Source: Gemmatimonadota bacterium
GTDB taxonomy: Bacteria > Gemmatimonadota > Gemmatimonadetes > Gemmatimonadales > Gemmatimonadaceae
Direction of reading: 5' to 3'
Length of the DNA stretch: 64,000 bases
Assembly (NCBI GenBank): GCA_016871855.1
Contig: VHBQ01000006.1
Span: forward strand, 6,103-70,102
Shown here: positions 57,473 through 64,000 of the stretch, piece after piece
How the letters are laid out: each line of letters begins with the position of its first letter
How positions within the stretch are numbered: position 1 is the first letter of the stretch
The notes under the pieces: model-generated
Databases searched by the model: none
What the model saw: only the letters and a program-made list of their open reading frames with translations
Told to the model about the DNA's origin: nothing
Position numbers and translations under genes: made by a program

Positions 57473-58402
57473 CTACCGCCGGGTCTTGGCGGCGGCCAGC
57501 GCCATCCGCACGGCCCCGCGCGCCGGGAGCACCGGCTCGGTGCGGACGAGCGCGCCCGGGACGGCGCTCTTGAGGCGCGTGTCCACAAGCTTGCGCAGGA
57601 ACGAGCCCCGTTCCATCAGCCCACCGGCGAGCGCCACCGGAATAGCCGCGCGTTCGTCGGCGAACAGCTGTCGCCCGAGCGCGCGCACGTGCGTTACCAG
57701 CTCCTCGGCGGCGAGCGACAGCAAGGAGTTCGCACGAAGATCGCCCGTCGCCGCCACGGTGATCACCGTGCCAGCCAGCTTGGCCAGCGCCGCCGGGTCG
57801 GCGTGCGCGGCCCAGAAGACGAGGCCGTCGCTGCTCTCGAGCTCCAGCGCCGTCAGCACCGCGGGGAGCAGCGCCGTCTCGGGTTCGCGTCCGTCGGCGG
57901 CTGCCGCGGCGATGCTCAGCGCCTTGCGGCCGATCCACGCGCCGCTTCCTTCGTCGCCGATGCTGAGCCCCCAACCGCCGCACCGGCTGAACTGCCCCGT
58001 CGGTGAACGGCCGAAGCAGGCCGACCCGGTGCCGCTGACCAGCAGGATGCCCGGGCCGTCCCCGAACGCGTCCTCGAGCGCCACCGTGGCGTCGGGCTCG
58101 ACGATCACGTGATCGGCCACCTCGAGGCGATTGAGCGCCTCGCGCACGGCCTGCCGCTCCGGCTCGCGCCCGGCGCCGGCCAGCCCCGCGCAGAGCACGC
58201 GCGGCACCTCGCCCGCCCGTCCGCACGCGGCCAGCGCCTCGGCCAGCGTCTTCGCGATCTCCTCGGCGGCCTGCGTGGTCTGTCCCGGGCGCGCGGCGCT
58301 GCCGCCGCCGGTGGCGCTTCCCAGTTCCTGCCCCTGCGCGTCGGCCACGATGACCTTCGTCTTCGTGCCGCCGCCGTCAACGCCGACAATGAGGTAGCTC
58401 AT
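57473..58402 (-). CDS. BadF/BadG/BcrA/BcrD-type ATPase, N-acetylglucosamine kinase-like
   Basis: 309 aa. The N-terminal YLIVGVDGGGTKTKVIVAD phosphate-1 motif and LVSGTGSACFG are typical of this sugar-kinase family. Confidence 0.8.
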   Translation of the reverse strand: MSYLIVGVDGGGTKTKVIVADAQGQELGSATGGGSAARPGQTTQAAEEIAKTLAEALAACGRAGEVPRVLCAGLAGAGREPERQAVREALNRLEVADHVIVEPDATVALEDAFGDGPGILLVSGTGSACFGRSPTGQFSRCGGWGLSIGDEGSGAWIGRKALSIAAAAADGREPETALLPAVLTALELESSDGLVFWAAHADPAALAKLAGTVITVAATGDLRANSLLSLAAEELVTHVRALGRQLFADERAAIPVALAGGLMERGSFLRKLVDTRLKSAVPGALVRTEPVLPARGAVRMALAAAKTRR

Positions 58403-58456
58403 GAGGTCCGGAGAATGCGTGGGTGACGCGCCCCCTTCAAGGGGTGGCGCGCGGCA

Positions 58457-59968
58457 TCAGGCCGCGGCGCCGCGCCCCCCGAAGAGCGAACTGATGCTGC
58501 CCGCGGCGACCGTGATGGTCGTCCCGATCAGCACGTACCACGGCCAAGCCACGTCGGCAAACGGCCCGAGCGCCGTGCCGAGCGACGGATACGCCGCCGT
58601 CAGCTGCTTGGCGAACACGATAAACGCCATCGTGAGGATGCCCACGGACATGCCCGTGATGGCGTCGCGCTGGCGCGCCCGCTTCACGAAGAGCCCAAGG
58701 AAGAACCCTCCGAGCAGCGCGCCGTAGGTGAACGACGCGATGGAGAGCGCGATCACCACCACCGGCGTGCGCCCTTCGGGGAAGAGGAGCGCGCCGAAGG
58801 TCAGCACGACACCCCATCCGAGCGCGAACAGCCGTCCCATCCGGAACGTCTCGGGATCGTCGGCTTTGCGGCCGCTGAGCGGCATGTAGATGTCGTGCGT
58901 GGTCGTCGCGGCCAGCGCGTTGATGGCGCCGGAATGCGTGCTCATCGTCGCGGCCACCACGGCGGCGACGATCAGGCCCAGCAGGCCGTTCGGCATCTGC
59001 TCGACGATGAACGTCGGGAAGATCGCGTCGGGCGTGTCGAACACGCGTCCCTGGTAGTACGACCACAGGCCGAGCCCGACGGTCAGAAACAAGGTGAACT
59101 GCGCGAAGACCACGAAGCCGCTGCCGATGATCGCGCGCTGCGCGTCACGCAGCGACCGCGCCGAGAGCAGGCGCTGCACGATCAGCTGGTCGGCGCCGTG
59201 CGACGCCATCGACAGGAACGCACCGCCGATGAGCCCGGCGAAAATGGTGTGCGGCTTGTCGAGGCCGGTGGAGAAGTCCACGAGCCCCAGCTTCCCGGCC
59301 TCGCCGACGTGCCGGAGGATGCCCGTCCATCCGTCGGGCGCGCTCGCGCCGAGCAGCACGATCGCGGAGATGCCGCCGGCCACGTAGATGCCGGCCTGCA
59401 CGAGCTCAGTCCACACCACCGCGCGCATGCCGCCGCGGTAGGTGTAGAGCACGGTGAGCAGGCCGAGCACGAGAATGGCCGTCGGCATCAGGTACTCGCG
59501 CGGCATCACCGGGCCGATAATCAGCGCGATCGGGATGGCCGTCGCGAAGACGCGCACCGCGTCGGCCAGCGCGCGCGTCACCATGAACACGATGCTGGTG
59601 AAGCGGCGCGTCGTCGCGCCGAAGCGCGTCTCGAGCAGCGTGTACGCGGTGACCAGGTTCCCCTCGAAGTAGCGCGGCAGGAGCACGAACGCCACGACGG
59701 TGCGCCCGAGGACGTAACCGGCGACGACCTGCAGGAACCCCAGGTCGCCGATGTAGGCGAGGCCCGGAATGGAGATGAACGTCAGCGCGCTCGTCTCCGA
59801 CGCGACCACGGAGAACATCACCGCCCACCACGGAATGCTGCGGTCGGCGACGAAGTAGTCCGTGCTGGTCTTCTGCTTGCGCCCGAGCCAGACGCCCAGC
59901 GCGGTGGTGCCCGCGAGGTAGACCACGAGCACCGCGAGGTCGATGTACCCGAAGCGGCTCGCCGTCAT
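58457..59968 (-). CDS. sodium:solute symporter (SSS family)
   Basis: 503-aa polytopic protein. YFVADRSIPWWAVMFSVVASETSALTFISIPG is the SSS N-terminal signature. Confidence 0.88.
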   Translation of the reverse strand: MTASRFGYIDLAVLVVYLAGTTALGVWLGRKQKTSTDYFVADRSIPWWAVMFSVVASETSALTFISIPGLAYIGDLGFLQVVAGYVLGRTVVAFVLLPRYFEGNLVTAYTLLETRFGATTRRFTSIVFMVTRALADAVRVFATAIPIALIIGPVMPREYLMPTAILVLGLLTVLYTYRGGMRAVVWTELVQAGIYVAGGISAIVLLGASAPDGWTGILRHVGEAGKLGLVDFSTGLDKPHTIFAGLIGGAFLSMASHGADQLIVQRLLSARSLRDAQRAIIGSGFVVFAQFTLFLTVGLGLWSYYQGRVFDTPDAIFPTFIVEQMPNGLLGLIVAAVVAATMSTHSGAINALAATTTHDIYMPLSGRKADDPETFRMGRLFALGWGVVLTFGALLFPEGRTPVVVIALSIASFTYGALLGGFFLGLFVKRARQRDAITGMSVGILTMAFIVFAKQLTAAYPSLGTALGPFADVAWPWYVLIGTTITVAAGSISSLFGGRGAAA

Positions 59969-59989
59969 GCGACGGCCCGCGTGGAACGG

Positions 59990-61969
59990 CTAGTCGACAA
60001 CATACGCCTCCATGGCGAAGTACTCGGCGAGGCCGAGCTGGTCGAGGATCGCGGCGGTGTCCTTGTTGCGCTGCTCCACGCGCTGCCAGAACTCGCGGTC
60101 ATCCTGTCCGGGGAAGGGCATCGAGTCCTTCTGGCTCTGGTGCTTGAAGATGGCCTGGATCTTGAAGCGCAGCTCCTCCTGCGACATCGGCACCAGCCAG
60201 GTGGCCTCCGTCACCGGCCACTCCTGCCAGGCGCCGCGATAGAGCCAGACTTCCGGCGATCGCGCCGCCTTCGCGTCCGTCGAGCGATGGGCGTGCGGGC
60301 CGCGCGGCCGGTTCGGCCAGAGCTCGGCGACCGCCGCGTCAATCGCCTCCTTGCACATCCGGTGCGTGCCGTGCGGATCGGACAGGTCACCGGCGACGAA
60401 GATGTAATCCGGGTCGGTCTCCTGCAGGAGCTTCTTCACGATCTTCACGTCAGCCGGGCCGATCGGGTCCTTCTTCACCTTGCCCGTCTGGTAGAACGGC
60501 AGGTTGAGGAAGCGGCCGCTTGTCGCCGGCAGGCCAACCGTTTCAAGCCCGCTGATCGCCTCCGCCTCGCGGATGAGCCGCTTGATGTCGGCCACCTCGG
60601 GGATGTCCACATCACCCGGCTTTTTTCGGGCCAGGAAGGCAGTCACCTTCTTCGCGAGCGCCTTCACGTCTGCGCCGCCGACGCCGTGGTCGCGCTGCAT
60701 GCGCAGCAGGAAGTCCACGTGCCGCCGCACGTCATGGTCGAAGACGGCGATGTTGCCGCTCGTCATGTAGGCGACGATGATGTCGTTGCCGTTCTCGGTG
60801 AGCTTGCGCAGGATGCCGCCCATCGAGATCACGTCGTCGTCGGGGTGCGGCGAGAAGCAGACGACGCGCTTGCCGTGCGGCAGCTTGCTCTTGCCGCGGA
60901 TCTTCGCGCCGAGCTCGTTGAACACGAGGCCGTTCACCGCGCCGGGGCTCCCGTGCCGCGCGACCAGCGATGACAGCTTGTGCTCGGCGTAGTCCTGCTG
61001 CGTGAGCTTGAGGATGGCGCGTCCGACCTTGGCCGACAGCCAGGTGACGGCCTCGATGGTGCGCCTCGGCGTCCACTCCACCTGGTCGAGCAGCCAGGGC
61101 GTCGCGACGCGCGTGAGATCACCCGCCGCCGCCGCGTCCACGTAGAACGTTGTGGCCGGATGCCGCTGGAGGAACGTGGCGGCGACCTCGATGTCCACTG
61201 GTCCTTCCACCGCGCGTTGCACCACCCGCGCCTTGTGCTCCCCCGTGGCGATGATGACGATCTCGCGCGCCGCGAAGATCGTCGCCACGCCCATCGTCAC
61301 CGCCTCGCGCGGCACGAAGTCTTCGCCGAAGAAGTCGGCGGCCGCGTCGCGGCGGGTCAACGCGTCGAGGTGCACCAGCCGGGTGCGGCTCTGCTCGCCC
61401 GAGCCCGGTTCGTTGAAACCGATGTGCCCGGTCTTGCCGATGCCGAGGATCTGGATGTCGATCCCGCCGGCGTCGCGTATGGCTCGCTCGTAGCCCGCGC
61501 ACCACGCCTCCAGCTTCGGTCGCGGCACCGTGCCGTCCGGGATGTGCACCTTCTTCCGGTCGGCGTCCACGTGGGCGAACAGGTTCTCCCACATGAAGCG
61601 ATGGTACGAGTGGATGCTGTCCGGCGGCATCGGGTAGTACTCGTCCAGGTTGAACGAGACGACCCGGCGAAAGCTCAACCCCTCGTCGCGGTGCATCCGG
61701 ATGAGTTCGCGATACACCCCGATCGGCGTCGAGCCGGTCGCGAGGCCGAGCACCGCGTCGCGCCCTTCCGCGTTGCGCGCGCGGATGACGCTCGCGATGC
61801 GCCGGGCGACCTGCACGGCGATGTCGAGATGGTCGTCGAGGACGACCGTGGGAATGCGCTCGAGCGCGGTGAGGGCGCCGGAGACAGACGAAGGCCCGCG
61901 CATCGCCACCGGGGCGTTGTCGCGGGCCTGTCGGGCATCTGCGGCGTCGTGGCGGGTGCCAGACGTCAT
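59990..61969 (-). CDS. nagB: glucosamine-6-phosphate deaminase fused to a PIG-L/LmbE-type deacetylase domain (long NagB)
   Basis: The N-terminal half has LGLATGSTPIGVYRELI, FNLDEYYPM and ILGIGKTGHIGFNEPGS (NagB). The C-terminal half has VVCFSPHPDDDVISMGG (the LmbE HPDD motif). Confidence 0.88.
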   Translation of the reverse strand: MTSGTRHDAADARQARDNAPVAMRGPSSVSGALTALERIPTVVLDDHLDIAVQVARRIASVIRARNAEGRDAVLGLATGSTPIGVYRELIRMHRDEGLSFRRVVSFNLDEYYPMPPDSIHSYHRFMWENLFAHVDADRKKVHIPDGTVPRPKLEAWCAGYERAIRDAGGIDIQILGIGKTGHIGFNEPGSGEQSRTRLVHLDALTRRDAAADFFGEDFVPREAVTMGVATIFAAREIVIIATGEHKARVVQRAVEGPVDIEVAATFLQRHPATTFYVDAAAAGDLTRVATPWLLDQVEWTPRRTIEAVTWLSAKVGRAILKLTQQDYAEHKLSSLVARHGSPGAVNGLVFNELGAKIRGKSKLPHGKRVVCFSPHPDDDVISMGGILRKLTENGNDIIVAYMTSGNIAVFDHDVRRHVDFLLRMQRDHGVGGADVKALAKKVTAFLARKKPGDVDIPEVADIKRLIREAEAISGLETVGLPATSGRFLNLPFYQTGKVKKDPIGPADVKIVKKLLQETDPDYIFVAGDLSDPHGTHRMCKEAIDAAVAELWPNRPRGPHAHRSTDAKAARSPEVWLYRGAWQEWPVTEATWLVPMSQEELRFKIQAIFKHQSQKDSMPFPGQDDREFWQRVEQRNKDTAAILDQLGLAEYFAMEAYVVD

Positions 61970-61986
61970 CGCGAGGTACTCTCTGG

Positions 61987-62343
61987 TTATGCTGAGAACG
62001 AACTGCCGCAGCCGCAGCCGCCGGTCGCGTTCGGGTTCTTGAAGGTGAAGCCAGATCCCTGCATGGACGTCGTGTAGTCAATCTGCACGCCGTTCAGGTA
62101 CTGCATCGAGAACGGATCCACGAAGACGCGGTAGCCGTCCTGCGGCAGGACCGTGTCGTCGTCTGCAGCCTGGTCCTCGATGAGGAGGCTGTACTTGAAT
62201 CCGGAACAGCCGCCGGGCTGCACGCTCACGCGCAGGCCGCCGACGTCGGGCGACACGCCCTCAGCGGCCATGAACTTCTTGACCTCGGCGCTGGCGTTGG
62301 CGGAAATCGTCAGCGCGATCTCGGGGGTGTTCATCGTGCTCAT
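61987..62343 (-). CDS. HesB/IscA/ErpA-family iron-sulfur cluster insertion protein
   Basis: 118 aa. LRVSVQPGGCSGFKYSL...NPNATGGCGCGSSF carries the three conserved Cys residues. Confidence 0.9.
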   Translation of the reverse strand: MSTMNTPEIALTISANASAEVKKFMAAEGVSPDVGGLRVSVQPGGCSGFKYSLLIEDQAADDDTVLPQDGYRVFVDPFSMQYLNGVQIDYTTSMQGSGFTFKNPNATGGCGCGSSFSA

Positions 62344-62435
62344 CAGGAACTCCGGGTTGGGGGGCGGCGAACCGCCATTTTGCGTACCGGAAATCTAGTG
62401 GGGGAGGCAGGGGGGTTCAACGCCTGCGGCCCCAC

Positions 62436-64000
62436 TTACCGCGCCGCCGCCAGCACCGCCTCCGCCAGGTCGGCCACCGACTGCCGAACCGCGCCGATGC
62501 GGCTGTTCTGCCGCGTGGGGTTCACCCGGTTCGAGAGCAGGACGACAAACAGATCGTGCGCCGGATCAATCCAAATGCTGGTTCCCGTGAACCCCGTGTG
62601 CCCGAACGCGGGCGGCTGCATCATCCGCCCGGCAGAGTTGGTCCCGTTGGGCGTCTCCCATCCCAGCGCCCGGTGCGAGAAGGCCGGCTCGGGCGCCGTC
62701 GTGAAGAGCGCGATCGTCGCCGGGCTCCAGATGCGCGCGCCGTCGAGCGTTCCGCCATTCAGATACGCGCGGCACAGCCGGGCGACGTCGGCCGCGGTGG
62801 AGAACAGCCCCGCATGCCCCGAGACGCCGCCCAGCACGAAGGCGTTCTCGTCGTGCACCTCGCCACGGATGTGCCGCTGGCGCCACGGGTCCACCTCGGT
62901 CGGCGCGATGCGCGCGAGCAGCGACTTGTCGGGGTTGAACTGCGTGTCGGTCATCTTCAGCGGCCCGAAGATATTCGTCTTCGCGTACACGTCCAACGGC
63001 GCGCCGCCCACGCGCTGCACGATCTGCCCCAGCAGGATGAAGTTGAGGTCGCTGTACAGCATGCGAGCGCCGGGGAGGGTGTCGAGCGCCGTCTGGTAGA
63101 CGATCTGCATCGCCTGCGCGGCGTTGGTCGTCTCCTTGTACAACGGCCGCCAGGACAGCAGGCCGGACGAATGCGTGAGCAGGTGCCGCACGAGCACCTT
63201 CTCCTTGTTCGCCCCCTGCCAGTCGGGGAGGTAGCGCTGCACCGGCGCGTTGATGTCCACCTTGCCGGCGTCCACCAGGTGCATGATCGATGATGTCGTC
63301 GTTGTCACCTTGGTCAGCGACGCCATGTCCCAGAGTGTGCGCTCGTCCGGCGCGGGTGAGTCCTTCCAGTCGAGGCGGCCCGCGCTGACGGTCGCGATCA
63401 CGCCATCCTTGCGGCCGACAATGGCCACAGCGCCGGGGAACGCCGAGTCGCGCACGGCGCGGTCGAGCAGGTGCTGCAGGGAGTCCTTCATGACGGTGGG
63501 CAGCGTCGCCTTGGGGAAGGGAAGGAGGCGCGGCATGCCGTCGCCGCGCGAGTAGAAGCCGGGGAGCGAGATGGGCGAGCGTCCACTGATCGCGCGCTGC
63601 CCGGCGAGGGCGAGCGCCGAGGCGCTCTCCATCGTGGCGCCCGTGCCGAAGGCCATCGCGTAGGTGCCGACGTTCTTGAACTGCCGGATCACGTATGGGT
63701 TGCCGTGCGACACCATCACCACCGGCATTACCGTCGCCACGGAGTCGAGCCACTGCGCCACCTGCGCGGCGATGGCCAGCTTGCCCTCGCCTTCGATCGT
63801 GCGGCCGTGCGTGCTGAAGACCACGCGTTGGGCGCCGCGTCCCAGCGAGTCGAGCTCACTGCGCGGCGTGCGCGCGCCGACGCGCTGGGCGCGTGTGCCG
63901 CCCCCCAACGCGCCGCGCAGCGCCGCGGTGAAGGCGCGACCCGCGGCGATGTCTTGCTCGGGGGCGTAGGTGAGGACGAGCGTGGGGACGCCGCGGGCCA
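62436..64000 (-). CDS. GH3 (NagZ-like) C-terminal region fused to a beta-lactamase-family serine hydrolase; 5' end outside window
   Basis: The frame stays open to the window edge. The C-terminal domain has S-x-x-K in WDMASLTKVTTT and GHTGFTGTSIWIDP. The upstream part (VMVSHGNPYVIRQF...AISGRSPISLPG) resembles the GH3 C-terminal domain. Confidence 0.75.
   Translation of the reverse strand, partial: ARGVPTLVLTYAPEQDIAAGRAFTAALRGALGGGTRAQRVGARTPRSELDSLGRGAQRVVFSTHGRTIEGEGKLAIAAQVAQWLDSVATVMPVVMVSHGNPYVIRQFKNVGTYAMAFGTGATMESASALALAGQRAISGRSPISLPGFYSRGDGMPRLLPFPKATLPTVMKDSLQHLLDRAVRDSAFPGAVAIVGRKDGVIATVSAGRLDWKDSPAPDERTLWDMASLTKVTTTTSSIMHLVDAGKVDINAPVQRYLPDWQGANKEKVLVRHLLTHSSGLLSWRPLYKETTNAAQAMQIVYQTALDTLPGARMLYSDLNFILLGQIVQRVGGAPLDVYAKTNIFGPLKMTDTQFNPDKSLLARIAPTEVDPWRQRHIRGEVHDENAFVLGGVSGHAGLFSTAADVARLCRAYLNGGTLDGARIWSPATIALFTTAPEPAFSHRALGWETPNGTNSAGRMMQPPAFGHTGFTGTSIWIDPAHDLFVVLLSNRVNPTRQNSRIGAVRQSVADLAEAVLAAAR

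Overview
The window is a strongly GC-rich bacterial chromosomal segment with about 55 protein genes and one tRNA. The gene content (Alternative Complex III, a long NagB-LmbE fusion, TonB proteins starting 'FNNLLESK') suggests Gemmatimonadota or a close relative; this is inference, and no search was run.

Gene order, left to right:
- speA tail, a cation/proton antiporter, an ArsR-SRPBCC pair and a long PiT phosphate transporter.
- A serine hydrolase, an EEP nuclease/phosphatase and a PAS hybrid histidine kinase.
- SOD, DedA and a TrmH-type methyltransferase.
- A complete actABCDEF (Alternative Complex III) operon.
- A four-helix-bundle ('23S rRNA IVS protein' family) gene flanked by inverted 7-bp repeat arrays, then tRNA-Ala(UGC).
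- A translationally coupled ccmABCDEFGH System I cytochrome c maturation operon, including an untracked 52-aa ccmD.
- A CusRS-like two-component system directly downstream of an MtrA/MtrB-type (PioAB/MtoAB-like) decaheme cytochrome plus porin pair.
- A six-hairpin glycosidase and an HK-RR-HK signalling trio.
- tonB-exbB-exbD-exbD-tonB2.
- Three amino-acid transporters.
- A membrane spermidine-synthase-like protein with a sulfatase/LTA-synthase-like partner.
- A DUF4350-like protein and an S9 peptidase.
- An amino-sugar cluster: GlcNAc kinase, SSS transporter, NagB-LmbE fusion, IscA-like protein and a partial GH3/beta-lactamase fusion.

Most notable findings:
1. A family of 7-bp tandem repeat arrays (consensus CNNCCGT / ACGGNNG) occurs at three intergenic loci. 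One pair brackets the four-helix-bundle gene as a giant inverted repeat next to the tRNA. A second pair sits back-to-back as an apparently empty hairpin.
2. A porin-cytochrome extracellular-electron-transfer module without an outer cytochrome is linked to a heavy-metal-type two-component system. It lies within 12 kb of the ACIII and ccm operons.

All functional calls rest on motif and family recognition by eye. Start codons are approximate, and many long antisense ORFs in the track are GC-driven artefacts.
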